The notes beneath the pieces are model-generated. The model saw only the letters and a program-made list of their open reading frames with translations. It made no database searches and was not told the DNA's origin. Both the position numbers and the translations under genes were made by a program. Below are positions 13,682 to 27,678 of a DNA stretch of 64,000 nt, piece by piece. The stretch is from Octopus vulgaris (Eukaryota). The stretch lies in assembly GCA_951406725.2 (NCBI GenBank), contig OX597827.1, positions 76,446,001 through 76,510,000 of the forward strand, written 5' to 3'. Each line of letters begins with the position of its first letter. Position 1 is the stretch's first letter.

Positions 13682-14035
13682 CTAAAACAGCAGGAAGTGA
13701 GGTGGCTTGAAACTTAAATGTACCAGTTTCTGTATTTGTTCCCTTTTACTGTAAACCCGCAACTTATTGTCTGAGGATGAATAAAATGAATAGGGTTTCC
13801 GGGGGCAGAGGGGACAAGAAAGGGAGTTGTGAGGTTCATTACTTGTTCACATGTACATGTATTTGTGTGTGTCTTTAGTTGTCTGATAGCCTGTGTCTGT
13901 GGCTGAGCTTAATATGGTTATACCCTAAAGAAATTGTGTGTATACACACACACAAACACACACCCAAGTTCTATCCACCCCAGTCTTCCTTGGTGACATG
14001 TCTATCTCAGTCTCTCCTGACAAAAACTGTGGGGT

Positions 14036-14071
<36 letters not shown>

Positions 14072-15553
14072 AAGATTAGGGAGAATGTTGTTGTTAGTGG
14101 TTGTGGTGATGGTGGGGAAGAGGCAATAAAGAATGTATATCACTACTCCTACTGTACATCTCCTTTCACTCCTACCACCACCACCACCACCACCACCACC
14201 ACCAGGAAACTAGTCATTCTTATTCTCTCTGTGTATTACTCTCCTCTCTCTCTCTCTCTCCCCCAGCCTTACACATCTACAGATAGGACAACAACAACAT
14301 CAACAACAACAGACACTGAATGAGTCATACTGTGTGTATGTGTGTGTGTGTGAGTGTGTGTACAATCCTGTTCTTTAATCTACATTAGTATATATATATA
14401 ATCATGTGTGTGTATGTGTGTATATATATATATATATAAATAAATGATTTCATATATATATATATATATATACACATGTACATACACACACATACAACAA
14501 ATCCTCTTTCGTGTGTATGGTGCTAAATCCTTATCTCTTATACATTTATATATACACACATATACATGCATACACACGCACATACACACACTTCTCCTTC
14601 TCTGTGTCTGCTTCTCTCTTTCTCTCTCTGTCTATATGTATACACATTCTACACACACACGCATGTGTAAGATCTATAGTTTCACAAAACCTAGTCAAAA
14701 GTGATCAATAGTGATTCATAGGCCCTAGTGTTTAGTTGTTCGTTTCTGTTGTTAAGTGTGTAATCAACCCCTGGATAGAACGATAGTCCATTGCAGTTAA
14801 CTTCTCCTGAGACACCTGCAACATTGCATGGAGAAACTCGAGTAAATGAAGGGAAGATCACCAAAGAGGATCTACTCAGAGCAATAATAGTGAAACCGGC
14901 CCTGAGCAAACGCTGGTCTTCTTTAAAATTGAGACTACAGGGGCTTACAACAGGGCATACACATTGGGTCTTGTCTTACACCATAAAACAGTCAAGATCT
15001 CTCTCAAACTCCTAAATGATTTTGTAAATGAATACATCCTTCTCCTCGTCCACCACCGTTATTATTGCTTAACGCTGTGGTTCTCAACCACTTTTTGCCT
15101 ATAGACCCCTTCGATTCCTGTTTTGTCCCAGTGGACCCTCATAGCCACTCAAATGTTTACCAACCTATTTTCTCCCAGGGCCCAATATAACTTGCCTGAA
15201 AGAAAAAGAAAAAAAACTTTACTTTTAAACTTAAATGTTGAAGTGAATCGAATGGCTTTGTGTGTTTCTTAAATGGCTTACAAACACCTTCCACGCTGCA
15301 ATTGTTTTCGTTCCAGCACACGATCTCAGATCAAATCACTTGCTATGCAAGTACATCTCTGTGATTTACTTTTAATATTTTATCACAATTATTTAATGAT
15401 TTTTCATTAAGAACCAAGTACAAGAAAAAATACACATGAATCAGTTTAATGTGCCTGGTGACTACAGTACCAAGCCCCACCACAATTCTTCCAGGCCCCC
15501 ACCGGAAGACAGAGGAAAAATAAAATCGCAAACAGTACACATAAATATATATG

Positions 15554-15676
15554 ACAGGCTTCTTTTAGTTTCCATCCATCAAATCCACAAGGCTTTGGTC
15601 AGCCTGAGGCTATAGTTGAAGACACTTGCCCAAGGTGCCCTACAGTGGGACTGAACCTGGAGCCATGTGGTTGGGA
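15554..15676 (-). mobile_element. SINE family A head fragment
   Basis: gaagacacttgcccaaggtgcc...gggactgaacctggagccatgtggttgg. Confidence 0.8.
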
Positions 15677-16063
15677 CCCCCCCCCCCAATACCTATACAT
15701 ATTTTTAAAAGAATTTTCACAATACAATATAATACAATAATACCATAGAAAATACATAGACGTGACACACAGTTACTGTAACTAATACACGGTTGCAATA
15801 ACAATGGTTTCTTGGGTTACACATGGTGTCTCAAGTATTGTGAGACACAATAAACTTGTGTGACAGACAGACAGATAGATAAAACATGTCCTCCATCGGA
15901 AGACAATGCAAAAGCAGACAAGCAAAGTAGAAAATAGGAGATTAAATACCAAAACAGGATCTACATTATATAAACCAAACAGCAAAGAAGATTGAATAGA
16001 AAATGTACCCAGGATTATAAACTATGAAGAATGTGTGTGTGTTTTCATATGTATCAGATATTA

Positions 16064-16451
16064 GTGGAGGCGCAATGGCCCAGTGGTTAGGGCAGCGGAC
16101 TCGCGGTCGTAGGATCGCGGTTTCGATTCCCAGACCAGGCGTTGTGAGTATTTATTGAGCGAAAACACCTAAAGCTCCACGAGGCTCCGGCAGGGGATGG
16201 TGGTGATCCCTGCTGTACTCTTTCACCACAACTTTCTCTCACTCTTACTTCCTGTTTCTGTTATACCTGTATTTCAAAGGGCCGGCCTTGTCACTCTCTG
16301 TGTCACGCTGAATATCCCGGAGAACTACGTTAAGGGTGCACGTGTCTGTAGAGTGCTCAGCCACTTACACGTTAATTTCACGAGCAGGCTGTTCCGTTGA
16401 TCGGATCAACCGGAACCCTCGTCGTCATAACCGACGGAGTACTTCCATCCC
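16064..16451 (+). mobile_element. tRNA-derived SINE family B, full length (Arg-like head; resembles Octopus OR-type SINEs)
   Basis: A box tggcccagtgg, B box gtttcgattcc and an 11-bp TSD atcagatatta at 16053-16063 and 16452-16462. Confidence 0.92.
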
Positions 16452-16567
16452 ATCAGATATTAAGAAATAAGAAAATAAGTCAAAGTATACGAAACAAGAT
16501 TCATTTTGAAAGGTATTCAGCCTCGTAAACTGTGGTATATGGATGCATATATAATCTTTTCTGTTGT

Positions 16568-16740
16568 AGGCATAAGGCCCGAAATTTTGGGTGAGTAGGG
16601 GGGGGGGGAGCAGTCGATTACATCAACCCTAGTATGCAACTGGTACTTAATTTATCAACCCTGAAAGGATGAAAGGCAAAGTCAACCTTGGCGGAATTTA
16701 AACAAAGAACATAAAGACAGACGTAATATTGCTAAGCATA
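16568..16740 (-). mobile_element. Deu/Nin-domain SINE (family D), head-truncated
   Basis: Minus strand reads ctttgcctttcatcctttcagggttgataaattaagtaccag, the Deu/Nin central motif. Confidence 0.8.
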
Positions 16741-16764
16741 AGGGGGTCACACACACACATATAA

Positions 16765-17104
16765 AAGGTAACGACCCCCTTCAGTCATGAACAACCATGG
16801 GATGAACTTAGAAAGCTCCCCTCCGAGGCGCAAGTCTGGGCAAGGTTGTTTATGGAAGACCAGCAGTCAGCCATGCATACCGGCCTCTCTGCTCCATGCC
16901 ACCGGTGTTATCTAAGGGAAATGCAAAGGGGCCCCTAATACAGCTTGGCACCAGTGACGTCACAACTCATTTCTACAGCTGAGTGAACTGGAGCAACGTG
17001 AAATGAAGTGTCTTGCTCAATGACACAACACATGGCCTGGTGCAGGAATCGAACTCACAACCTCACGATCATAAGCTTGACGCTCTAACCAGTGAGCCAT
17101 GCAC
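16765..17104 (-). mobile_element. CORE-type tRNA SINE (family C), tail variant 3
   Basis: A box tggctcactgg, B box gagttcgattcc, CORE-like ttgtgtcattgagcaagacacttcatttcac; tail ccataaacaaccttgccc...gactgaagggggtc. Confidence 0.85.
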
Positions 17105-18074
17105 TGTTCACACACACATATATTATATAAGGCACAACCACACTCAAATGTATGTGTGTATGTATGTATATACACACAGGTATATATGCATACATACAAA
17201 TTCAAAAACATGTGACAACATATCTATTTTAGGTCTCTCTCTCTCTTTCTCACTCTTATCTTTCCCTCTGTCTCTCTCCTTCCCTCCCTCACCTGCTCTC
17301 CACCTCTCTTTCTCTCCCTATCTCTTTACTTCTCTTTATCTGCCTCTCCAGTACTAATTCATCCCAACAGTTCCCATTCATTCTTCATAGGAGGTAGAGG
17401 TGGGGCAGTGGTGGTGGGAGTGGGGGTTAAACTCTATTCCACATGGCCTCTCTAACCACCTGTCACCAATCCTCCTACTGTCACCTGCCTCTTACACATT
17501 GCTACAACCACCACCACCACCACCACTACCAATGCCACCGCCACCATCACCACAAACAACAACAATACTGCATACATACATATATATACATACATACACA
17601 CACACATATATATATGAACTTGTGTGTGTTTGTAGAGAGATAGAAAGAGTGAGAATACATGTTCCCATCTACCTTTCCCCTTAGATTTCCTTTTTTTTCA
17701 TCTCACCTCCATCACCCTCCACCCCACCCCCTTTCCTGCCCATCACCATTTCTCTTTGAATAGTTATTTTTCTTCTTCTTCCCTTTACTCAGTCACCTCT
17801 GAGCTGTTTCTTCACTTCTTCTCACCTCTCCATCTTTTATTTATTCACACTGCCCCCACCACCACCACCACCACCACCATATTTCACAGGGGGGCTTCCT
17901 TAAGCCCTTCAGATCCCTAATAATCACAGTTGCAACAGCAACTTGTTTTCCTCTTCCTTTCACACTCACTCCACCCTTGCCCCTCCACCACCACCACCAC
18001 CACCACCGCCACGACCACCACCACCATCACCACCACCACCACCACTTACAAACTCTCTCAAGTCTCTCTCTCAC

Positions 18075-18210
18075 TTAGAAAACAGGACACAGATTTAGAT
18101 AATGTAGCTCCAGTTAGCCTAACCCCTACCAAATGACATGATGGTCAGAGCTGGAGAGTCTCTAACTATAGATGTGCTAGATCAAGGCTGGCTTGGGAGC
18201 TAAATAACCC
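18075..18210 (+). repeat. Family F dispersed repeat fragment
   Basis: gataatgtag...atgatggtcagagctggag...gatcaaggctggcttgggagctaaataac. Confidence 0.6.
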
Positions 18211-18319
18211 TTTCTTTCAAATTTTCGATCAGTCACTGAACTGCGGATGAACTGGAAACTGGTAGTTTACTAGCAGGACAGAAAGATGTTTTTTAAGGCT
18301 ACATATAGTGTCCCAAGAG

Positions 18320-18635
18320 TGGAGGTGCAATGACCCAGTGGTTAGGGTAGCAGACTTGTGGTCATAGGATCGAGGTTTCAATTCGCAGACCGGGTGTTGT
18401 GAGTGAATTTAATAGACTGAAGCCGAAAGACGCTCATATATATATCTGTCTGTGTGTGCCTGTGTATTGTTTGCCCCTCTCACCACCACTTGACAACTGG
18501 TGTTGGTTTGTTTATGCCCCCATAACTTAGCTGTTCAGCAAAAGAGATCAGGTTTAAAAATAAAAAAGTAGTGGGAATTCTTCAATATGGTGCACCAGCA
18601 TGGCCACAGTCTAATGACAGATAAAAGATAAAAGA
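18320..18635 (+). mobile_element. SINE family B head (18320-18405) joined to family A linker and tail
   Basis: gtggaggtgcaatgacccagtggttagg...gttgtgagt, then actgaagccg, the microsatellite linker and a family A tail. Confidence 0.7.
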
Positions 18636-18656
18636 TATATACATGTGTGTGTGTGC

Positions 18657-18690
<34 letters not shown>

Positions 18691-19131
18691 TATACATATA
18701 CACACACACACACATACACATTATATATCTATATATATATATATACACACACACACACATGCATATACACACATATGGTATAACTATTATCTTGTATAAT
18801 ATATAGACAAATTTTATTATGAGTACAATGAAGAAAAACTTTCAAAGATTTTTTTTCTTTTTCTACAAAGACTTTGAATTCTAGAAGATAAACGACTCCT
18901 TAGAATTACACATACATACATTCGCTGTTCGTGTCTATATGTATATGTGTGTGCATGTGTCTGTGTGAGTATTATTTTGTGTGTATGTGTGTTTCCTTCT
19001 AATGCGTGCCTATGACAGTCAGTCACCAGGATAAATATAAATAGATTATCGAGATATATAGACAGATTGATAGATAATTGATTGAAATGAAATGATTCTT
19101 GGAGAGAAAAAGATATTGACGGATCGGTAAA

Positions 19132-19168
<37 letters not shown>

Positions 19169-19334
19169 AGTAACCAGTTAATGTGTGTGTGTGTGGGGGG
19201 GGGATGTGTGAATGATTGTCTGCAGGTGTGTGTATGCGTGCACGCATGCATGCATGTGTATGTGTTTGCATGTGTGTGTAAGCACTTCAATGCAAACATC
19301 TGAGTCTTAACTCAGATAATTTGAAGCTTCAGTT

Positions 19335-19717
19335 ATAATATACATACATATATACATACATACATACATATATACATACATACATATATACATACATACA
19401 TATATACATACATATATACATACATACATAAATACTTACATACATACATATATATATACATATATACATAATACATACATATATACATACATATATACAT
19501 ATATATATATATACATATATACATAATACATACATATATACATACATATATACATATATACATACATACATACATACATATATACATACATACATACATA
19601 TATACATAAAAACATACATATATACATAAAAACATACATACATACATACATATATACATACATACATATATACATGCATACATACATATATACATACATA
19701 TATACATACATACATAT
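19335..19717. repeat. (TACA)n/(TA)n compound microsatellite
   Basis: Direct reading. Confidence 0.95.
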
Positions 19718-19761
19718 CCTGTTTGCTCTAACAAAACTACACATATCAGATACATATATTC

Positions 19762-20152
19762 TTTCACTTGTTTCAGTCATTTGACTGCGGCCATGCTGGA
19801 GCACCACCTCAAGCCAAACAAACTGACCCCAGGACCTTATTCTTTGTAAGCCCAGTACTTATTTTATTGAACTCTTTTGCCAAATCGTTAAGTCAGGGGG
19901 ACATAAACACACCAACATTGTCAAGCAATGATGGCATGACAAACACACACAAATATATACTTATACATATATCTATATATATATATATAGTATGGACTTC
20001 TTTCAGTTTCCATCTACCAAATCCACTCACAAGGCTTTGGTCGGCCCGAGGCTATAGTAGAAGACACTTGCCCAAGGTGCCATGCAGTGGGACTGAACCC
20101 GGAACCATGTGGTTGGTAAACAAGCTACTTACCACACAGCCACTCCTGCGCC
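19762..20152 (-). mobile_element. SINE family A, full length
   Basis: Head ends cactcctgcgcc at 20152. Confidence 0.9.
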
Positions 20153-20534
20153 TATATATATATATATATATCATCTACACACACAAAGGACACAGGAATA
20201 TTGTTGTATGATTAGAAAGAAGCAAACCACCATTTTCTGTGATATCTCCACCACCACCCTCAGCAAAATGGGTAGCAGTGTTATATGAGACACTCCACCA
20301 TCAGCACCACCCTACACAGCAAGCCCCAATATGTATTTATACACCCCCCCACACACACACACATATACACACTTATGCACTCAAATGTAGGTTTATGCAT
20401 TCATGTGTATATAAATATTGCTGTGCCTGCATGTGTGTGTGTGTGTGTGTGTGTCTGCAAGTGCATTCGAATGTTAAGATGGAGGAGCAACTCAGTATCT
20501 AACATACAGAGTTGCTATGAGATTGATAGAGAGT

Positions 20535-20565
<31 letters not shown>

Positions 20566-20746
20566 AGAGAGAGGGAGAGAGAGAGGGAGAGAGAGAGAGG
20601 GTTAGGAGGGAAAGAGAAAGGAAACGAGGAACTGTGAGAGAGAAAGTTTGTGAGCTGCCAGAAGTGAGAATGACAGTGTCCTATATATGAAACAATATAT
20701 CTACCTTTGTATCTCTCTGCCTATACACACACACACATATACATAC

Positions 20747-20799
<53 letters not shown>

Positions 20800-20803
<4 letters not shown>

Positions 20804-21000
20804 ATCCAAACAAGAAAGCACAAAAAAACACAACAAAGCGAGGACGTGGAACAAATATAGTATTATTGGACGCTCAAGAAAGAAGGAAAGAAGAAGGGTT
20901 TAACGTTTCAAGCGGAGCTCTTCGTCAGAAACATAGGAGAAGGAAAGATCCAGAGAAGGGAAGACATAGGAAAAAAAATCGCCAAGGGTACACACAAAGT

Positions 21001-21003
<3 letters not shown>
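20800..21003 (-). mobile_element. ~200-bp Penelope-like non-coding element carrying a minimal hammerhead
   Basis: Collinear with 61373-61578; flanked by (TA)n and (CA)n. Confidence 0.7.
20898..20932 (-). ncRNA. Minimal type I hammerhead ribozyme motif
   Basis: Minus strand GTTT CTGACGA A GAGC TCC GCTT GAAA CG TT AAAC. Stem I GUUU/AAAC, stem II GAGC/GCUU, stem III reduced to palindrome ACGU, as in Penelope-associated minimal hammerheads. Confidence 0.75.
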
Positions 21004-21054
<51 letters not shown>

Positions 21055-21097
21055 CATATATATATATATAATGTATATACATATCATTTTGAGTGTT

Positions 21098-21373
21098 GGG
21101 CCTCATGGAGGCAATGATGAGGACCTTTGGCATTATGTCATGTTTGAGAAGAAGACTCATCAAGCCAAGCAAAATCACAGTTATGGCAGAGACCAGTGTC
21201 ACGCAAATTGGCACCTGTGCCGGTGACACGTAAAAGCACCCATTACACTCTTGGAGTGGTTGGCGTTAGGAAGGGCATCTACCTGTAGAAAAACCATGCC
21301 AAATCAGACTGGAGTCTGGTTCAGTCTTCCAGTGAAACTCTCCAACCCATTCCAGTACGGACAACAAATGATG
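21098..21373 (+). mobile_element. Meta-domain SINE (family E), body and tail
   Basis: ggttggcgttaggaagggcatctacctgtagaaa resembles the MetaSINE domain; tail ccaacccattccagtacgga...aaatgatg. Related fragments at ~6745-6845, 8180-8226, 26260-26375 and 39640-39733. Confidence 0.65.
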
Positions 21374-21449
21374 TGTTACCAGTAGTGTTCAAAAAATTTC
21401 TATCAACTGACCTTATTGGAGTTACATCCCTTGCTTATTGTTTTTAGAC

Positions 21450-21749
<300 letters not shown>

Positions 21750-22254
21750 GAAGATTGACATGTGAATGAAAGGGTGAAGAAAAAAATGAAAAAAGGAAGG
21801 AAAAGACAAGACAGAAGCAAAGAAAAAAATGAAAGATAAGTGAAGGAAAAAGCATCAGGGAAGAAGGGGAAGATTATTGTGAAGATGGGGGATAATGAGA
21901 AAGAGGGGGAATGAGAGAGAGGGAGAGAGGGAGAATGGAATAAAAGATGGCAAAGGGGTTGGGGAAGAAAAGATTATGAGAAAGGAAGGAAATAAAAGGA
22001 AGATGTGAAAGAGAAAGAGATTAGGATTTGGAGGAAGATGAGGAAGAAGGAAGATGAGGAAATATAAAGATGACAGAGGAATGGAGGGAAGGAGACGGAG
22101 AAAGAAAGAAAGAAATGATGAGAATGAAAGGGGAGGTGGAGGAGGAGGAGAGAGAAAAGGAAGAGGGATGAAGGAATAATGGAGAGAAAAGAAGGGGGAA
22201 GGAAATCTGATCTGGTGTTGTGATTACTCTCTGTTGTTATTCAGAGTTTTAGGA

Positions 22255-23220
22255 GTGAGGCCACCGATTTTGAGGGGAGGGGAACCAGTTGATAATATTG
22301 ATCTTAATACTTGATTGGTAGTTTATCTTATCAAGCCCTGGAAGGAGGAAAGGCAAAATTAACCTTCGTTGGATTTGAAACCAGAATAGAAAGAACCAAA
22401 GGAAATACCAGAGGCAACTCCATCATTTCTGCCTTGCTTCCCAACCACATGGTTCCAGGTTCAGTCCCACTGTGTGGCACCTTGGGCACAAGTCTTTTGC
22501 TATAGCTTCAGTCTGGCGAAAGCCTTGTGAGTGGTAGATGGAAACTGAAAGAAGCCCATCATATATATGTATGTGTCTGTCTGTCTGTGTTTGTCTCCCA
22601 CCAGCACTGCTAATAACTGGTGTTGGTGTGTTTATGTTCCTGTAGCTTAGCAGTTTGGCAAAAAAAATACTGGAATTGATTCATTTGAACTCAGACCAAA
22701 GACAAACGAAATGATGTTAAGAAGCATTTTGTCCATCATTTTAAAAATTCTCCCAAATCATCACTTTGATAAAAATAACAATCCTTTCTACTCAATATGC
22801 ACACGGTTTGAAATTTGGAGGGAGAGCACTCGGTGGTTACATCAACCCCAGTGTTTCACTGGTACGTACTTAATTTATAGACGCCCCAAAAGGATGGAAG
22901 TTGACCATGGTAGAATTTGAACTCAGAATGCAGTGGCAGACAAAATACCTATTTCTTTACTACCCACAAGGGGCTAAGCACAGAGAGGACAAACAAGGAC
23001 AGACAAACGGATTAAGTCGATTATATAATCCTTCGTACTATAGGCAGAGGGCCTGAAATTTTTGGGAGATGGGGCCAGTCAATTATATCGACCCCGGAAA
23101 GGATGAAAGGCAAAGTTGACCTCGGCAGAATTTGAACTCAGAACGTAAAGGCAGACGAAATACCGCTAAGCATTTCACCCGGCATGCTAACGATTCTGCC
23201 AGCTCGCTACCTTTTTAATA

Positions 23221-23257
<37 letters not shown>

Positions 23258-23477
23258 TAATCCTTTTTACTATAGGCACAAGGCCTGAAATTTTTGGGGG
23301 TGGGGGTAGTCGATTTCATCGACCCCCAGTGAATAACTGGTACTTATTTCATTGACCCCCAAAAGGATGAAAGGCAAAGTTGACCTCGTTGGAATTTGAA
23401 CCCAGAACATAGCAACGGGCAAAAATATCACAAAGCATTTCATCCAGGGCACCAACAACTCTGCCAGGTCACCACCT

Positions 23478-23478
<1 letters not shown>
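22255..23478 (-). mobile_element. Cluster of about five family D SINE copies, with a plus-strand SINE A at ~22432-22685
   Basis: aaaggatgaaaggcaaagttgacctcg-like motif at ~22340, 22890, 23100 and 23362. Near-complete copies at 23035-23213 and 23261-23478, each abutting (TAA)n. Confidence 0.82.
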
Positions 23479-23525
<47 letters not shown>

Positions 23526-24435
23526 TATTTGATAACTTTTTGTTGTTGTTCAGAGTTTTCTGATTATTGGCTGGTGTTATATGTGGACAAGAGAAATTAT
23601 AGCGGTTTGTAGAGACATTTAGGAGAGGATGACAAGAATGAAGAAAAAGATGGATAAAAAAGAAATAACTGAGAAAGATGGAGAAGAAGAGGCGAAAGAA
23701 GAGAGTTGAGGAAATAAAAAGGAGGGAGGGAGGAGGAGGGGAGGAGGGGAAAGAAAACTGAAAAAGATCGAAGGGAAAAAAAAAATGCAATGAAGTGAGA
23801 TAGAAAATAAATGGCGGCCATGGTGGTGATGGTGATGGTGGTGGTGGTGGTGGTGGTGGTTGGGGATGAAGGAAAAAAAGGAAAGTAACCATAACAACAA
23901 GAACGACATCAATAACAAGGAAAGGAAGGAAAAGAAATGAAAGGCAAGAGAAAGAAAAGAAGAAAGAAAAAAACAATGGATTAGAAAAAGAAAAGTGACT
24001 GAAGGAAAGAAAGAAAGAGAAGGAAGAAGATTATGAAAAAAAAGAAGAAGAAATGGGAAGAAATGTAAAAAAAAATAAAAATAAAGGAAACCTGAGAAAT
24101 GTAGGGAAGATAAGAGACTGGGGGAAAAAAAGAAAGAAAGAAAGGAGAAAGGAAAAAGATGAGGGTGGGGGAGAAGGAGGAGAAAGATAAAAGAAGAGGG
24201 AGAAGAAATATGTTGAGGGGGTGGGAGAGGGGGAGAGGAAGGTGGGGGAAAGAGGGAGAAACATTTGGAGGGAAGAAGAAAAGTGTAAGGAATTGGTGGT
24301 GTGTGGGTGGGGTGGGGTGGGGTAGAAAAGGAAGGAGAAAAAGAGGAAAGGAGAAGGGGAGAGAGGGAGAGGGAGGGAGCGAGATAAAGATAGATGGCTG
24401 GATGGAGATGTATGTATATAGATGTATATGTGTGT

Positions 24436-24770
24436 GTGTATATGTATTTATATGCGTGTGTATATATGTATTTATATGCGTGTGTATATATGTATTTATA
24501 TGTATTTATATGCGTGTGTATATATGTATTTATATGCGTGTGTATATATGTATTTATATGCGTGTGTGTATATACGTATATATATGCGTGTGTGTATACA
24601 TGTATTTATATGCGTGTGTATACATGTATTTATATGCGTGTGTATATATGTATTTATATGCGTGTGTATATATGTATTTATATGCGTGTGTATATATGTA
24701 TTTATATGCGTGTGTATATATGTATTTATATGCGTGTGTATATATGTATTTATATGCGTGCGTCTGTATA
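24436..24770. repeat. 24-bp minisatellite (tatatgtatttatatgcgtgtgta)n, about 13-14 units
   Basis: Direct reading; gives the spurious (MYLYACVY)n ORF. Confidence 0.92.
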
Positions 24771-25020
24771 TGTATATATATATATATGGATATAAAACAT
24801 GTTTGTATATACATACATATATATACATATGTATGTATGATTGATGGAATGTGAGAGGGAGAAAATGAGGAAAAAAATTGAGTGTGGGTGAGAGTGTAAG
24901 TGAAATAAAGAGTGAATTGTGTGTGTATATATATATATATATACACACACATATAATATGTATATATATATATCCACACACACACATATAATATGTATAT
25001 ATATATACACACACACGCAC

Positions 25021-25051
<31 letters not shown>

Positions 25052-25070
25052 AACACACACATATAATATG

Positions 25071-25102
<32 letters not shown>

Positions 25103-25845
25103 TAATATGTATATATATATATACACACACACACACACATATAATATGTATATATATATATATATATACATACACATATATACATATGTGTGTTGTGTAA
25201 GTGGAGAGATACAGAGAAAGAGAGAGAGTAAGCATTGCCAAAGTGGTAGTGGGAGGAGGAGGATGAGGGGGAGGAGGAGAAAAGAGAACAAAGAAAAAAA
25301 TGTGAAGAGAGTGGGTAGAGAAGAGGGAGAGGCGAGGAGGTTGGAGTGGTGAATGAAGCAGCATGTGAAAGGGTGTATATGGGAAAGAAAGAGAGAGAGA
25401 GAGAGAGAGATAGCGAGAGAGGAAGAGGAGGAGGAGGAGGGGGAAACTGATGGGGGGAGAAAAATGATAACAAGAAAAACAGATAAAGAAAAGGGGGGGG
25501 GGAAAGGCGATAACCATCATCCATCTGCCATCACCACCTTCACCACCAATGGCTGATGCTTGGTGGCTGCTGTTGTTGTTGTTGGTGTTGTTGTTGGTGG
25601 TGGTGGTGGTGGCTCTGGTGGTGGTGCAGTTTGGTAGATGATGTTTTAATATAAAAGGTTAGAGAGATAGAGATGGATGGCTAAATGATAAGGAGGGAAA
25701 ATAAGTAAGCAAAGAGAGAGAGAGAGATTGTTGAACAATATATGCGTATGTATATATACATATATATACATATATATATATTTACACACATACACACATA
25801 TATATATAAACCTATCTAGCTATCTACTTAACACACACACACACA

Positions 25846-25885
<40 letters not shown>

Positions 25886-25915
25886 GTATATATACTTACA
25901 TATATATATACACAT

Positions 25916-25946
<31 letters not shown>

Positions 25947-25995
25947 CTTACATATATACATATATATACACATATATATATGACTTGACTTCAAG

Positions 25996-26030
<35 letters not shown>

Positions 26031-26064
26031 ATATATATACTCACATATATACATATATATATAC

Positions 26065-26119
<55 letters not shown>

Positions 26120-26604
26120 TACATATGTGGAAACTGTGCTGTAACTTGTTGTATGTATTTTTAAATGTATACACACACACATGTGTGTGTGTGAGTTTTC
26201 ATCATCATCATTGTTATAATCATCCTCCACCTCCTCAACAACATCATCATCGTCGTCGTCGTTGTCAGCATTCTTTCAATGTTCATTCTGCCATGCTTGC
26301 GCGAGTCTGACAGAATCTGCCAGAGCAGAGTCTCAATGGCTGGATGCTCTTTCTGTTGCTAACCCTCACCTTCCTCCAAGCATGACTTTACCACTGTTTC
26401 ACAGAACATTGCAAACTACACTGCTTGTTTGACAGTAGCATTTGTTTACAATCAGTTTGTGATGTTAAGATGAAGGCACACCCACACCCACACGGGTGTG
26501 TGTGTGTGCATGAATGTGCATCTGCAGAGTGCAGATATATATTTTACAGCAGACGGCATTTGAATCCCACAGGCAATATTAAAGCATATTTCTGTCCTAT
26601 TCAT

Positions 26605-26635
<31 letters not shown>

Positions 26636-26669
26636 GATAGATAAGTAGTTAAATATATACTTTTTTACT

Positions 26670-26874
26670 CTTTTACTTGTTGCAGTCATTTGACTGCGGC
26701 CATGCTGGAGAACCGCCTTTAGTCGAGCAAATCGACTCCGGGACTTATTCTTTTGTAAGCCCAGTACTTATTCTATCGGTCTCTTTTGCCAAACCGCTAA
26801 GTAACGGGGACATAAACACACCAGCATCGGTTGTCAAGCAATGCTAGGGGGACAAACACAGACACACAAACATG

Positions 26875-26908
<34 letters not shown>

Positions 26909-27079
26909 CATATATACGACGGGCTTCTTTCAGATTCCGTCAATCAAATCCACTCGCAAGGCATTGGTCGGCCCGGGGCTATAGCAGAAGACACTTGCCC
27001 AAGATGCCACGCAGTGGGACTGAACCCGGAACCATGTGGTTGGTAAGCAAGCTACTTACCACACAGCCACTCCTGCACC
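26670..27079 (-). mobile_element. SINE family A, full length
   Basis: As 6893-7291. Confidence 0.9.
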
Positions 27080-27294
27080 TATATATATATATAATTATAT
27101 AATATTTTAGCAAAAACCTTGTAGGATGTTATACAAAGCTTATCCACACTTATTGGCTACCTGAGGTCATCATCAGTGGAAATGCTCTTGCTATGAGATA
27201 TACAACAGGAATTTCAGCGAATGTGTTTGAGTATATATAAGGATTACACAAAACCTCACCTATGTAACAGAGGCTTAAAAATGTGTTGAAACAA

Positions 27295-27678
27295 ATGGCA
27301 CTTCATCGGTTACAACGAAGCAGGTTCCAGTTGATCCGATCAACAGAACAGCCTGCTTGTGAAATTAAAGTGCAAGTGGCTGAGTACTCCACAGACACGT
27401 GTACCCTTAACATAGTTCTCGGGGAGAATCAGTGTGATACAGAGTGTGACAAGGCTGACCCCTTTGAAATACAGGTACAACAGAAACAGGAAGAAAGAGT
27501 GAGAGAAAGTTGTGGTGAAAGAGTACAGCAGGGTTCGCCACCACCCCACTGCCAGAGCGTCATGGAGCTTCAGGTGTTTTCGCTCAATAAACACTCACAA
27601 CACCTGGTCTGGGAATCAAAACCGTGATCCTATGACCGCGAGTCCGCTGCCCTAACCACTGGACCATTGCGCCTCCAC
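27295..27678 (-). mobile_element. SINE family B, full length
   Basis: Reverse-complement match to 16064-16451, with TSD tgaaacaa at 27287-27294 and 27679-27686. Confidence 0.92.

Noticed and set aside
14700-15015. 74-aa (+) and 72-aa (-) ORFs in non-repetitive-looking sequence
   Set aside because: No recognisable homology or strong splice pair; part resembles a degenerate SINE tail motif (ctgcaatggacta...atccagggg on the minus strand).
15073-15140. hAT-like terminus ctgtggttctcaacc
   Set aside because: No matching opposite TIR or TSD found, so an element could not be delimited.
16064-16140. tRNA-Arg-like gene
   Set aside because: It is the head of a TSD-flanked SINE and lacks a proper acceptor stem; no genuine tRNA gene was seen in the window.
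24293-24325. G-quadruplex-capable (GGGGT)n run
   Set aside because: Expected by chance in these low-complexity G-rich tracts; no functional context.
27160-27182. Minus-strand CTGATGA box
   Set aside because: No GAAA or stem III partner before the adjacent SINE.
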